NCBI GenBank assembly: GCA_050230475.1
Contig: JBFLGF010000173.1
Span: forward strand, 1 to 64,000
Source: Ancylonema sp.
Taxonomy: Eukaryota
Length of the DNA stretch: 64,000 bases
Reading direction: 5' to 3'
The position numbers were made by a program, and so were the translations under genes. The notes beneath the pieces are model-generated. The model was not told the DNA's origin. It was given only the letters and a program-made list of their open reading frames with translations, and did not search any database. Shown here one piece after another: positions 12,899-27,400 of this stretch; the first letter of the stretch is position 1, and every line of letters starts with the position of its first letter.

Positions 12899-13967
12899 AG
12901 TGTGTTTGGATATTTCAAGTACGTGAAGCCACTGGGTTTTTGCTAATTTCTTCACATTCTCCGTGTACCATAGTTGGTCCCGATGCATCCCAATTCCCGA
13001 TCTAGATTACCGCTGGATCACAACCGATCCGGATTGGCGCGTGAACGGATATTCTGATCGGATCGGGCCCAACAAGGAAAAAATAAAAGAAATAAAAATA
13101 TGTTTTTGGGTTTTACGCCTTAATGGGTGCTTATGAACATTCTTATCACCCATCGATTTTCACCAAGTGTTCGACGCCTCCAATCTGGATCGGCGCTGGA
13201 TTGGGTCCGATCGGGATTGGCGCGGGATCGGAACTTCCCGATCGGATTGGAACCAACTACGCCATGTACTGACATTCGGGTCGAAGGTTGCCCTTGGTCC
13301 TCTCGCGAGTTATTTAACTCGAGTAACCGAGCTCCCTTTGTAGATGGCATCAGCAAAGGAAAGAAATAGCTTGTATTAAACATACGCTTCTTATGATCAT
13401 CGTCTCCTACCAAAAAAAAAAAAACGCAACATTGTCTGAAGTGATAAAATGTAAAGTCTATAATTGGGTCCCGGACGCGTCGATCCCGGACGCGTCCGGA
13501 CTTTGTCCGGCCCCGGACGCGGCCATGACGCGTCCAAAGATCCGTGGACCGTATGGGACCTAACAAAATAATAATAATAATAATAATTGAACTCATACAA
13601 CTATCGAGGTTCCCTGGATATGGTTTTAAGGAATCAACGGTGTTTCAACATGAGGAATGGAATGTTGTGACGCTTTCTACTCGCCCACGCCACTTTCGTA
13701 CTTGGAGCTCTGTTTTTGGTTGGGGCGTTTGGATCCGGGACGTGTCCCGGACGCGTCCGGAAATCCGGACCGTCCCGGATCTTAGTACGGTGTCGTGAGC
13801 CTCGGAGAATTAGCATGGTTTGTGTTGCCACCCAACAGTCCAAACTTTCACGCCACAAGGGAGTCAGTATGGCAAAGTTCGGAATATGTTACTTGTTGCA
13901 TCCACTTCACGTACATAGAAAAGGGAGAGCGGAAAGGAGCAAAAGGAGTACCATTCCCTAGTTCTCT

Positions 13968-16900
13968 CTATCTATCTATCAATGCCTCTAGGTAGTCATC
14001 GATGTGTGCGAGACACGGCCAGTGATCGGTCCTCATCCGCACTAAAGTGGACCATTCTTCCACCTCCAATCGAAGAAGAAGATGGTAGCGTGGAGGAAGC
14101 ACAATCATCAACTCCAACCTCCCCAACCACCCTACTACACCCCCACCGCTCGTTGCCAGGTCCCCCACTTCTGCCCCCAACCCCCTTGCCTCATCCACCT
14201 CCCCCTCCCGCGCCTCCCACCCGTCGCCGTGGCCTCCACACCATTCTAACGAAGGCAACCTCTCACTCCCTCTTCCTCCTCCCTTTCCCCACACACAGTG
14301 CCATTGACGCCCCCCCTCCCGCACCATGTCCACTAAACCAGCTCCCTCGCACAAAGTCACAAACTCACTCACCTGTTCCTCCACGGCCGCCACCACCTCC
14401 TCCGCCCCGACTTCAAGCACCTTCACAGACTCCGCGCCTGGGACCCAACGGATCTCTTCACCCACCTCCCCCCCCCCATCCTCCCCCAACAACGTCCACA
14501 GTGCCGAGAACAACGAATGGCGCAACGATGTCTCCCTGCCGTCCCCCAACCCGAGTAAGGAAGGTTTGAGGAAAAGGTCCTCCACCCCCACGGCCACACT
14601 CTCTAGAGGGCCCTCCAACGCCCCTTCCCCCCCCCCCCCAGTGAACTCGGTTGTGATCATAATGAGCGCAGGAATGGGGTGATGGGGGGACAACTCCATG
14701 ACCACAACCACTCCCTCCGCCTCCTTCCGCAAATAGGGCACGTGGATGGAGGGGATGGGTCCATACAGTCCACTCCCCGTGGCAGTGAGGTGGAGCACCA
14801 TTCCGTACAGTGCATCCTGGTGAGCCCACCTTCCCGACCCTCCCTCACAGAAGTGCAGGGTGCAGGGGAGGTGGATCTTGGCGCCCACCCCCTCCCCCTC
14901 CTCCTTCCCCACCCTCCCTAGGTATGCCTTGAGCAGCGCTACGTCCTCATGCCACCTGTCTCCTCCTCCTCCTCCCCCATTGGTAGGGGGGATAGGGGTA
15001 GGGGTGGGTGTGCCCACCTGGTTTGGCACGAGAATGAGCTCCCACTGATGGTCAAGGAGGAGGGGGTGGAGACGGCGAACTAAAAGGAAGTCTTTGGGTT
15101 CAGACAACCCCACACCATCATCATCATAACCATCATCATCGGTATCTCCATTCTTTTCCTCCTGCCCGGATCCTGGGGGCAGGTCCGACAAGATTTCTTT
15201 CCTTCGTCTTCCTGGGACGCGTGTGAGTAGATGCAGGTAGTGACTGCACCAGAAACACCCCCCCCCCATCCCCCATCCCTCAGCAGTCAGAGCAGGCAGA
15301 CCAACGTAGTGCTTTGCCACCCTCCTACCTGGCTGTGTCGCGTATATCGAGGTCAGGATAGGAAGCAGCGATAGAGTGCAGGAGAGAAGTCAAGGGGCCC
15401 ACCAGGCGCGAACTTGGGTGGGTGACCATGGCAGTTCGGCAAATGGAGAGGAGGTGCGTGCCGCGCCACCAAACCCCCCCCCCCCCCCCCCCCATTCGCA
15501 CAAACTCGGCGATGAGTTCCAGAGTCGTTTGTGGCGCCATGTCCCCCCCCCCCACCAACTTCTCAAGGAGGAAGAGGTAGGGAGGGAGGTGGGGGGGTAG
15601 GGGGAGGGCATTCTGCATGGCAGCCATGAGTCGGAACCCCATCCGTGTGTGGGAGTGGGAGCAGCAGGTGTGGAGACGAGAAAGGAGGAAGAGGAGGGAG
15701 GGAAGAAGAAGAGGGCCACGGGGGAGACGGAGTTCAGAAATAATCTCCACCTCCACTAACGAGTAGAGGGAGTGGCTGCCAGCTGTCAAGAATCTGTGCA
15801 TGGTCTGGAAGTAGAGTGCCTCTTCGAGGCTCCCCCCTGTTTGGTGTCTGAACCCCATCAGGCATTCACGGGTGCACTCTACTGCCATGGAGCCCCACCC
15901 AGCCTCCCCCCCCCGTGATGAGGCCAGCGCCAGCGCTTGAAGCTTGGCGGCCTTGAGAGAAAGAGGGTCGAAAAGATGGGGAAGGACGGGAGGCACGCTC
16001 GCCTCCCCACCCATTTGCCAATGGACGGACAGGTGGCGGAACAGGAGAGGCTGGGAGGGGTCTTCTGATAGGGGAAGAGAGTTGGAAGGGGGAGGCCCCA
16101 GCTGTGCATGCATGTGGGCAAGAGCGGCTCGTATCATCGGGCTGCCACACTCACTCAACCCCTCCAGGTAGAAATTGTGGCGGAGGTCCGCCCCCCCCAG
16201 CCCCAGGCGGAGGGTGAGGGAGGTGAGACCAACCAGGAGATCCACCATGGCGGCTTCAGTGGACACGTGGCAAAGATCAAGAAGAACACCGCGAGCTCGA
16301 CGAAAGTCCTTGACAGCTGGCAGTCGACACATGACAAGAAACAAGAAGGGAGGAACGTAAGATGGCGTTCTTGTGCCCTCCCCCCCCTCCCCCCCCCCAC
16401 CCTCTCCCTACCTGATGCTGTGAGCTCTTGCTGTGGAAACACTCCCACCTCGCCAGCTGGCTTGGCGCCCCTACTGGCAGACCAGTAGGGGGGGAAGGTG
16501 AAGGGCAGCAGGGGCTGTTGTGTGGACAGAAGGTTATGGACACCTCCGCCGGATGCGCGACGAGGAACCGTAACAGACACCTCGTTGGGGGGCAGAAATA
16601 GATAGTTGCCAGCATGCTGCAGACAGGCCAGCAGCAGCAGCAAGTAGGACTGACCAGGGGACCCCCTCTCGGCCCCCGCCAGATTGAGCAGGTGTCCGAT
16701 CGTGTGTGTGAGCATGCACGCCCAGGTGGTTTCGATCATCCTCAGGGCGTCACAACAGGCGGAGCGCACCACGCGGTCGGCTGCCTGGTTACAACGGCTC
16801 ACTGCCGCCAACAGCAACTCAATCAAGGCTTGCAGTCCGTACGGATCGGTGACTACGGAGGAAGACTCGATGAAGAGGACGGTGGTGAGGGAGAGGAGGG

Positions 16901-17210
16901 GGAGGCGGAGGGCGGGGGGGAAGAGGGAGGAGTCGGGGGGCGCCGATAGGGCCGCCTTGAGGGTCTCCAAGGCAAGGGCGAGATGCGTGTGAGGTTCGGG
17001 GAGCAGGTGCGCCAAGCAGTGCTCCTCCACAAACTGACAGAGCTGGGCTTTGTGGGACGTGTCCTTGTCACGCGCAAGATTCTGAAGGGCGTACGTGAGC
17101 AGGGCGGGTCCTGGGTACCCTCTGGCCTCCCCTTCGGAAGAGGCACTAAAATCCCGGAAAACTTTATCCCAATTTGTGGCACCCCCCTTGGCGAGAAAAG
17201 AAATGTCCAT
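13968..17210 (-). CDS. AP5B1: AP-5 complex subunit beta-1, copy 2 (intact); introns 16317-16411 and 15244-15328
   Basis: N-terminal WDKVFRDF...ALQNLAR, WWRGTHLLSICR, YPDLDIRDTA and the C-terminal LPPRYHLLLRLEV...TLVRMRTDHWPCLAHIDDYLEAL typical of plant AP5B1. Confidence 0.85.
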
Positions 17211-18074
17211 TCCCGATGAAAGGGCGATGGTGCAGATGGACGGACAGGATTGATCTCAGAGTTGGTCTCACATGCAACGTCCAAGCTGGAGCTGCTCAAA
17301 AAAAGACGAAATGCGATCCAGTTGCGTCGGCCCAGCGGGATCCATGCGACGGACCATATGGAAGGGTAAGAGGATGAATATGTTTAGAAGAAGCGACCAT
17401 AGCGAAGTCCCAGGGACTAAAGGGGGGATTGAGATGGAGAATTGGCTGACGAACTGACCACGTGGCGACCAAAGAAGTGACTGCAACTGTACAGATGTCC
17501 TCATAACCTGCGGGCTGTCTGCATCGAAGGGTTTTTCTTCATTTCGTTGGTGAATTGAAATGGCATCGTGGCCATGTCGAGCCCGTGTTCAATGCGTGTG
17601 CAGGTTTACTACATGCGTGTGGAGTCAAAAAAAAATAAAAAATCTTAGTTAAAAGCCATCATAGCTGCCCAGTTTTGTGCGGGATCAGTTATAACGTCGG
17701 CCGTTGTCAACACGTGGCAAGTTTGCAGGAGGAAGCCAGCACTTTCGTTCCGAAGATGCGCCGGACTACGCGCGACAATATCCCTCACGTGTGAAAGACT
17801 CGGTCAACATTTTGAGCCGCGACAGAACGGCACTTACGTATGGGCTCACATGGGGCTCAAATGTTTCCAAGCCGAGACTAGGGTGTCCGGAAAGACATCC
17901 GTAGTTGCCGCAAATGCTTCTCGAGTACACCCAACACCAATTATGTAAAATTCGGGTCCCTGCTCTTTGCGTACTCGGAATGTTAGAACAGAAGGCCACG
18001 GCTACTTTTTAACGGAAGAGTGGCACATTTTGAAGAAGTGAAGTGGTGGTGGGGCCCTGATGTGATTTGATGGA

Positions 18075-19817
18075 ATGGTCAGTTTTCAGTGGAGACTGAA
18101 TCAAATGGCTGCCACGTTGAACGTCTATCGAATTGGCGTGAGCCACAGCGATGTTCACAACAGCTATCGCAAGCGTATCTCAGCTCCATCATCCACTGAT
18201 GTCTATCGTCAGTTCTGCCCTATTTCTACGCCCGTAAATAAATTCCACCGGCTCTCTTCATCCGCACAGTCCCGGATTTCAAGACCTTGCTTTACAACCG
18301 TGACTCCACATTCGGACCTCAGTAGATTCAAGCCGGTTCCACGACCCTGTCCACTCCTCATTTGTGTCAGGCGTTCAAGCAGATCAAATGAGGTGGCGAC
18401 AGATGGCAATGTCCAGCAAGGTCCAACTCTGCCCTGTGGTTCGTTTGTTGTGCCGTTTCCCTGCTCCGTCCAGCCACCGATATGTAGTGCAGACACAACC
18501 TTTGGATGCCGTTTGCATAGCACCTACCTTTCAACTCCACGCCCCGAATGCATTGTATCAAATATTTCCTCTGCTCTGAATTCCTGCCGTCTTTCTTGGA
18601 TTGGCTCCAGAGATCTACGAGATCCGACGGAGTGTCGAATCTCTGGCCGCCCGGATCGATCTCATTGATTCCACAGCCGATCTTCCCAAGCAGCAGGCTG
18701 TGGTGGCTGACTTGGAGCGCCAGGTGGCAGCCTCTGATTTCTGGGACGATCCGAGCCGTGCGCAGTCTCAGATGTCCCACCTGACCTCCGCCAAGCAGGT
18801 GACGGACGACGCGCGCACCTTCCTGTACAAGGTGGAGGACGTGCGCACTATTTTGGACCTCACCTCGTCCGAGGCCACCCCGGACACCTCCCTTTTGGCA
18901 GAAGCTATCTCCGTGTTGGCGCAACTGGGGGCGGCGGTGAGGGGATATGAGGTGGCGCAGCTTCTGGGGGGGGAGTACGACGACAAGGGGGCTACGGTTA
19001 CGGTTACGGCCGGGGCAGGGGGTGTGGATGCTCAGGACTGGGCCGAAATGCTGGTCCGCATGTACACCCGCTGGGGTGCCAAAAAGGGATTCAACGTGGA
19101 GGAAGTGGAGAGGACAGACGGAGAGGAGGCGGGCATCAAATCCGCCACGCTGCAGATAGCAGGGGGGCGGTTCGCTTACGGTTACCTGAAGGGGGAGAAG
19201 GGGACCCACCGCCTGGTCCGCCACTCTCCCTTCAACGCCAAGGGTCTGCGTCAGACGTCGTTTGGCGGTGTGGACGTGATGCCTATCCTGGAGGACGAGG
19301 TGGGGGCGGAGGTGGAGGTACCGGAGGAGGATCTGGAGTGGAGTACCATGCGGGCGGGCGGCAAGGGAGGGCAGAATGTGAATAAAGTGGAGACGGCGGT
19401 TCGTGTCACGCACGTCCCAACGGGGATTGCCATCCGCGTGCAGAGTAAGTGGGGCAGAGGTTGGGGGGATGGGGGGGGCGGTATGGATGTGGGTCTTCAG
19501 GGGGGTTGGTGGTGGGGGTGGGTGGACCAGTTTCCCGTTCTCAGTTGCAGACCAAGAAGACTGCCTTGGACATGCTGAAAGCGAAGCTGTACCTCATTGC
19601 CCGAGATCAGCAGGCAGCAAGTGTGAAGGAGATTCGGGGGGATGTGGTAAAGGCGGAGTGGGGGCAGCAAATACGGAATTACGTTTTCCATCCCTACAAA
19701 CTCGTTAAAGATGTGCGGACAGGAGTGGAGACTTCAGACAGTGGGGGGGTGATGGATGGGGACTTGGACCCATTCATTGAGGCGCATCTGAGGCACCAAC
19801 AGAATTCACAGAGCTGA
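18075..19817 (+). CDS. prfB: Peptide chain release factor 2, copy 2 (intron 19445-19530)
   Basis: Same ORFs as copy 1 with GGQ and SPF motifs. Confidence 0.88.
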
Positions 19818-20472
19818 TGGAAAAGTGTGATTGTGTCTAGTACATAAAGTTGTGGGATTCGAGGGTCGACTTTTTCGTTTTGCCGCAAATTTCATACTTC
19901 AAAGAGTGTTACAACCATCATTCTGCTGTTTTTTGATCGATGAAATCGGACACACATTACCCCAGCTGGCACATAGTGAGAGGGAGTTGTCAAGGCACCT
20001 ACACAGTGGTGCAAGTCAACGCGTATCTCCAACTATGTACACTCCACGCGACGAACCTGTAGCTCCCGCCTACTCCATCTCAAGCATCCAAGTTTGACTT
20101 TTGTAACAATAGCGAATATAATTTGTGGTGTTATCGCGTCATAAAATAATGCTCGCTGCTCACCACTCGGTACATTCATGCCCACCAGTTTTCGCACAAT
20201 GAGGCGCTGCTTTATTTTTCCCATCTTCTTAGATGATGTCGACTAATGTCCAAAAATGGTTCACACAATCTATGATTCCTTCTCTTTTGTCACACCACAC
20301 ACACAAGCTGTTAAAAGCATGTGCACACAATTGTGTGTACTTGTTTGCACAGTCTCCCTCAAGTATCTAAGTCGATACAAGTATGTACAAATGTAACCTC
20401 CTTGTACAAAACTATGGGCAGATTTCCAACCAAACAAATATGGTTGGGGCCAGGCCACGTGCCCTCACTGAC

Positions 20473-21680
20473 TCATGCAATTCGAGTTGAAGTGAGAGAC
20501 CGCCTAACTTTCATGTACGGTTGTGGAAGGGTGCCTCCGCGTGCGGTGAGGAAAGTGTACAAGTAGGCCGCTGCCGAGGCACACGTGGTTCCCGCACTCC
20601 CGAATCTGAACCAGGGGGGACGAGCAAGGTAAGCAACGCGGTATTGCTTATGGTCCCTCAGCTTTTCACCCACTCTCTGAGGGTTGGGAAGAAGTTGGGA
20701 GGGGTAGTATGCGACTGACATGAGAAGTGGCATGATGTGCATCGAGTCCTCGCATCCGCATGCTGGCAGTCCCAACGCGGCCCCCAGTAGCGCCAGCTGC
20801 ATGCCCGTGTTCACCTTGCTGATCCACAGAGGCTGCATGAGAGCAGCGCCACCAATCCCAGTCGCAAAAAACTCTGCCCCGCTCTTCCACTGTCCAGACC
20901 CACAGGGAGATAAGACAGGTGTGGTTCCTGGGCAGGTGTGGGAAGTGTAGGCTGCGTCCGTACCTTCCATTGGAGTGCCCTGGCTCTGTGCATCACTGCC
21001 CCCAGGAGCAGCCCCGAGTCACGCCCCAACATGAGCGCCACCAACCACCCTGAGACGAAGAGGAGACGAGGAGAAAGGGAGGGAGTGAGTAGGGGGGGAA
21101 GGTGGGTGAGAGGGTGGGGAGGGGCGGGTGCTTACAGGGCAACAGAGCGGCGTGTAGCATCGCCATGACCACGCAGCCAATGAGCACCTGGTCGGCTAGA
21201 GGGTCGAGATACGATCCCAAAACGGAATTGGTGCCACGCCGTCGTGCAAGGTACCCGGCGAACTGACCATGCCCCCCCCCCGCCACACCGCACCTTCGGA
21301 GCAATACCGTCAAACAACACTCCCCCTGTAGCCTGCCTAGTAGAGTACCCAAACAGACGCCCCCGCGGCCGATATGGCGATGAAGGCAGTGCTGAAATGC
21401 CCCTGGACCACCAGACTGCCCCACCCCACCCAGCACCCCACATCGCCCCCCCGTCAGACCTCGAAATTGCGTTCAAGGGTGGAGAATCTCACAGTGCGAT
21501 TGGAGGGCCGGATAAAAGTCGAGCCATAGAAACCGCATTCGGCCAATTGAAGACCTCATTACGAGTCCAATCGCTGACTGGCCTTGCCTGGAGACTTGGA
21601 CCAGCCGCAGAGAGGGATTCGGGAACGCGTGTGTCGTATGGAGGGCTGATGATCTTCAGACGATTGGGATGGGTTGCAAC
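20473..21680 (-). pseudogene. CLS: Cardiolipin synthase copy 2, 5'-truncated (lacks promoter, start codon and the first ~411 nt of CDS)
   Basis: Matches 7910-9117 of copy 1, then switches to Copia gag at 21681. Confidence 0.8.
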
Positions 21681-24490
21681 AAAATATGGATTGCTGAAGC
21701 GGCTCTACTACGGACATAAAGAGGCACCCGGAATCAAGTGGATCTGGGCAGAGGTTGGTGTGGACGAGCTCGACGACAAGAAAGAGAAAGGAGTGAAGGA
21801 TGCAAAATCGCTAGTGACCAAGGCAAACTATGTAAAGTGGTCAACTCAACAAAATTATTCAAATCGAGGCAGAGGTGGAGGCATCGACAGAGGTGATGGC
21901 AGAGGCGCTCGCAGGGGAGATTACAGTGGAAATCGAGGAGGCAGATTTTATCGTGGTGGTGGAGGAGGGAAAGGTGCAGGAGGAGGCCATTCTTGCTATA
22001 CTTGTGGTCATACTGGTCATTTCAGCAGAGACTATCCGAGAGAGGATGAGACTTGTGATTATTGCGGTGCAATCGGTCGCATTGAATTTACCTGCTTTGA
22101 CAAAAAGAATTAGGCTCCCCGAATGCAGCGCAAGAATCAACAGATAGGTCGAAAATCCGCACATGTGAGCGAGATCGATGAGGGAGGTGATTGTGGACAT
22201 GGTGAAATGGTGGTCGGAGAAATCTGCGAAGGTCGTGTGGGCGAAGGGGATGAGGAGAGGGATTTTTTGTGGGATGATGGATCCAGTCATCATTCAACTG
22301 GACAAGAAGCACATTTCAAAACTCTCGTCGATATTCCTCAAGAGATCGTAATGCATCATCTTGTTGGCAGCGTGCGCATCAAATAGTGGGGGAGAGTTGA
22401 GCTTGAAAGTGAGGGTGAATGCGGTGGCATTACGCTGAGAAATTGTCTATACATTCTAGGCTCAACCTCTTTTGTGGCCAGAAAGCGAGAGAGCAAGGGT
22501 GGGAGTACGATTTCCAAGCTCTAGCAGGTGGCATAATTTCAGTTTACGAAAAAAAACGGCAAGCAAATTTGCACAATTCGAGAGTCAACGACTGGTCGCC
22601 ATACCTTGATATGCACACCAGTTCGTCATGATTGACAAATTGAAGAGGAAGTAGTCGTTGCGGCTGTCGATGTCAAGATTATGCATTCACGTATTGGTCA
22701 CGCAAATGAGCGAGTTCTCATAAATTTTGCAAAAACAGATCTGGTACGTGGCTTGGAAGGAGGAATTTGTGGTGTGCTGCAAAACTGTGAGGGTTGCAAG
22801 CTAGGACAGCGCATGATCGACCTCATCCAAGCACGGAGTTTGGAGTAGGGGAAAAAGTTTGCCTGGGTCGAATTTCGGTGGATTTGGCGGGATCCTTCTA
22901 GCCGGCGTTGCTTGGTGGCGGGATTTGGAACATGGTGATTGTCGATGAGTACAGCCGAAAATCTTGGGTGTAAATTTTGCGATTGAAAAGTGACGCTACT
23001 TCTCGACGAAAGAATGGATCGCAATATGGCAGCGACATAGAGGAAAGGAGGTCAAAAGTCTAAGGTCTGACAGAGGTGGGGAGTTTATCGATGGTGGTTT
23101 TCGATTGTGGATGAGAGGGAAGGGGATAAATCATGAGCCGACACCTTCGTTTACTCCTCACGGCAACGCTATTACTGAGAGAATGAACATAACCTTGCAA
23201 GACAGAGCTCGTTCGATGTTGAATCACATGAAACTTCCTCCATGTTTTTTGGGTTGAAGTCATCTCTCATGCCTCTTATCTTTGAAATCGCTGCCAAGTG
23301 ACAAATCTGCCAAAGACGCGAGAGGAAATGTGTACTCGTAGCACTCTTGGTGTCGGTCCTCTTTGCTCTTATGGTTGCAAAGTTTATGTGCGACTAGAAA
23401 AACGAGACCGACAGGGTAAAATGGCACCTCTGGCATGGATTGGGGTTCTCGTTGGCTAGAATTTTGAGGGTCCCTGTCAAAGGGTATAGGATCTGAAGAC
23501 GAACAAGGTACACAATGTCGGCCATGCTCATGCAGACTTCGACGAATCTGTCGTTGCTGGCTGGTGCGAGGTTAGAATATCGGAAAGAAATGATAAAATT
23601 GTGAAATCGACACTGCAAATGACATGGCATGGCTAGATATGGTGCCAGAAATACTGGCTATCAAATGAACTTGGCTTTCTGTCGATGAAGCGGTTCCCGA
23701 CGCTGTGGGAAATCCTTTGCCACAACTTTAGGCATCCCCTCTTCCTTAGACTGACAAAATTCCACAGCTGGTGAGTAATTCTAGTGGGGGTAAAAGTGAT
23801 CAAGATCTTTTGGAGGTCGGGCCAGAGTGGTACCATGATGAGGCGACATCAGAAAATCCAATGCTGCACTTTGCAGAGGATTAAAAAAAAAAGGCTATTA
23901 ATGTTGCACAAGATGCTGCTCGGAGGTCAGCACGTAAAAACAAAGGTGTTGCAGCAAACATATTTGTTGCAGGTCTTGAGGTTGACTCAAAAAATCGAGA
24001 GAGTGTTCAAGAAGCTCTGAGTAGTCCAGATAAAGAAAAATAGAAAGCAACAATGAATGCAGAGATGGGCAATTTTGAGGAAAATGAGGTCTTTCGTCTC
24101 GTCGATAGGCCAAAAGGCAAAAAAGTGGCCAAGTCCAAATGGGTGTTTCGAGTCAAGAAAAATGCTGATGGGTCTGTTGAAAATGACAAAGCAAAAGTGG
24201 TCGCTAAGGAATTCAGTCAGGTCGAGGGTGTTGATTACGATCATACATTTTCTCCAACAATCAGGTTTGAAAGCATACGTCAGTTGATCGCATTAGGTGC
24301 CTCCAAGGGTCTGCAAATGCATCAAATGGATGTAATGACAACATTTTTGTATGCCCCGCTAGTAGAAAAAGTGTATATGGAGCAGCCAGAGGGCACCTGC
24401 AAACGGTGAGGAAGGAAAAGTGATGCTGCTACTACGTTGTCTGTATGGCCTGAAATAGGCACCTCGTGGCTGGAACCAACATATTGATGA
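21681..24490 (+). mobile_element. Degenerate Copia family-1 internal region (gag C-terminus, protease, integrase, RT N-terminus)
   Basis: Zinc knuckle CYTCGHTGH, protease FLWDDGSSHH, integrase SDRGGEF, and RT KWVFRVKK...QVEGVDYDHTFSP...HQMDVMTTFLYA. Many stops and frameshifts. Confidence 0.9.
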
Positions 24491-27400
24491 TGTGCGAAAA
24501 TCGTGTAAATTTCTGCTATAGTCAGAATTACCGTTACCCTTGCAAAATCGTGACCCTTGCAAGTCGTTGATTGCCAGCCGTTTTGCTGACGTAAAAAATC
24601 GTTACAATACGTTGCACCGTTTCGTGCGAGCTCGGCCATACAATTCACCCTTTGAATTGCCTGCACCCGTTCGAGATTCAGTGAATCGTTTCATTCACGA
24701 AAAGGCTTGATTATCGTAACCAATAGTGAGTGCGCACCCCGCCGCAACCAACTATCCATCATTCTGCACCCCTTGTAGAAATTATATAGCCATTTGCCTT
24801 GCGTTTTTTTTACCAGTAGCTGTCACCTGCTGTGAAGTGTTGTAATCTGCAACGCCTGATTAACCTAAGTGTTATTTCTAGACCTCCCACCACTAAGCGT
24901 TGAGTGCATCTCAGCTTTCGGATTTCGGCGAGTAGTAGCTACGGCAAGCTTCGTTGATAAGTCACATACCGTGCTTGAATCACATTCTTGTGTGGTTAGT
25001 AGGGACTCAACCTACACCAATCTACTCTAAACTGACCAGCGGACGAGCTTCTTTACATCGATTTCTGCAACCTTCGACAAATACGAAACCAGGTTGTTTT
25101 TTTTCCGACCCCGTGACCTGTCACCCTTGACCCTTCGTATATGCATCGTCCGATCACCTCATCCCTGACCTATCTCGAGAACCAAGCAAAGTAAAGCACC
25201 AATCTCACCCTTAGTGAGACACACAAGGTACTTTACCCTGATCTCCTTTCACATTATATGATGGCACCACGTCGATCACCCAGAGTCACAGCCATTGTAG
25301 ACAAGGAAGGACAAAGAAAGGAACGAAATAAAAAGAGTGCGCGAGTCGTTGTCAATGTTAGCACCTCCATGCGTTCGGCAAACCAGAGCTCACCTAGTGA
25401 CAGTGAAGAACAGCAAACCAAGGAACGGTCTCCTTCACCCACTAGAGATCCAGATACTCCGATTTACCAAGATGCTCAGGCAGAACCTGAGGAGTACCCC
25501 ACTCCACACCCTGAAACATTGTTGGAAACCGTTGCTCGAGAAGGAGAAGATTATGGTAGACGACAAGGCTATAGTACCAAAATGCCTGACTCTTTCGTAC
25601 CACATTTTCCTTTGCAACTTGAACCCGTTACTACCAGTTTGGAGCACATGAATGATTCAGATGTGCCACCACCCTTACCCTTGGCTAAAGCTCAGATTCA
25701 ACATGATCGTCTTCATGAAATTTTGATGCAGCAACGAGCCATGGTTCAAGGGACGGAATCAGCACTTCAGGAGGCAGCCGATCTGGTGAACTTCATGCAA
25801 GACCCTGCGAACGCCCGTACCATCAGCCTAGCCTTCCTCAAGGACCCAGCCCGTTTACCCGCTCACCACAACCGGCTAGCGAAGCATTACGGCATCACCA
25901 TGTTGCCTAACCGACGAGGTGTACTTCTCGTAGGCGACGTGAAACCAGTGGAGAATGTGATGGACACTGGTGCCAAAGAAACTATGATTGGTGCCAACCT
26001 CACCAAACTCCTCCGGCTCTCACCAGCTGACCTGCACCCCGGAGCACCATACATCACAGCGTCAAGAAAGAGAGAGCTGAGTTTGGAGAGCACCAAGGAA
26101 AAGATTCCCATCACCATCGGCGAAGGCACCGCTCACCCTTGCACAGTGCATCTTCACCTACATCTCTCACCATCGATGGAGTTCAACATCATCCTCGACA
26201 ACTCTTTTATTTGTCCGATGGGAGGATTCCCTGATTCATGGACCAAGACACACATGTATCGACCAAACTTCCGGACGGGAGGGCATTGTTGGCAGGCATC
26301 CTTATTGCCATCCATGAGACCCACGACACCCCGGCGATTTATATGGCGCGCAAGAAGCAGTTTGTGCATCCTCTTGGCTCCAACCGTCGAGGTCTTCGCA
26401 GCCGGAATCCAACGTCGACAAAATCAGAAGACGAGTGCGTTTTCGACGACGACGATGTCACGGTGGTCCCCACCATCTACCCGACACCCAGTCCTCCGGT
26501 GGATACTCCACCAACTGAGCCCATGGAGTTGACCATCCGTGCACCTTTGGTCACCACCGTCACCATTACTCCCATGTCACCACCTCCTGGCGTGGGAATT
26601 GACTTCATCACCCCGGTGTCATCCTCAACACCTCGTTTCTCGACTCTGACTTCACCTATCTCGGAGTACAATGGACTACCTCGCTTTACCCTTAGTCGAG
26701 AGTTTGATTCGTATTTTCGGGACACACCACAGAAACCACGCTCATCGACAAGTACACATTGCACGAAAAATTGTACCACCTTAGTTAAACACGGTCATTC
26801 ACTAAGGAATTTGAGTGCACGTCGTTCCCTTCGCTCACCCGTGTTCCCAACATCACCATTACATGCGGCGGTAGCACCCTCACAATCAAAGGGTAAGTTG
26901 TCACCCGAATGCATATTCTCGGAAGAAAACATCGATAACACGGTAATGGCACCACTTGCAAAAATTGCTGCATCACCCACTGCATCAATGCCACCGTCTT
27001 CCACACCCGTTACCACCACACCATTGAAAGTCGGAGGTACACTTTTACCACCCGTCGATGCATCGCAACCTAGGCCAGCACCAATGTACATGTACTTATC
27101 TGCTAACGTCGATGTAGGTTCGGTACCTCGAGACACGGTGTGACCTCGCTCTGAGGAGGGTCCATTGCAAGCACCCTTGTCATCCAAGAACCCTAGCAAA
27201 GGAAAATAGCAAAACCATCGACAGGAGCAACTTCAACTTGACCTGCTGACCCTCATGGATTTGGCTGACCACCCCAACATAGATCGATACGTCGACACCA
27301 TGCTACAGTGGTTCAACCCCGACACTCAACTCACCCCGATAGAGCAACTCTACATTATCGTGACCAGTATATTTCATGAACCTCACTACATGACCCTGCC

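Larger units (their letters stand above)
12699..21680. repeat. Segmental duplication unit, copy 2
   Basis: Near-identical to 138-9117. Identity stops at GGTTGCAAC (9117/21680). Confidence 0.95.

Noticed and set aside
21244..22113. 289-aa ORF as a novel chimeric gene
   Set aside because: It is the antisense of CLS fused by chance to Copia gag at the duplication junction, and it has no ATG start.
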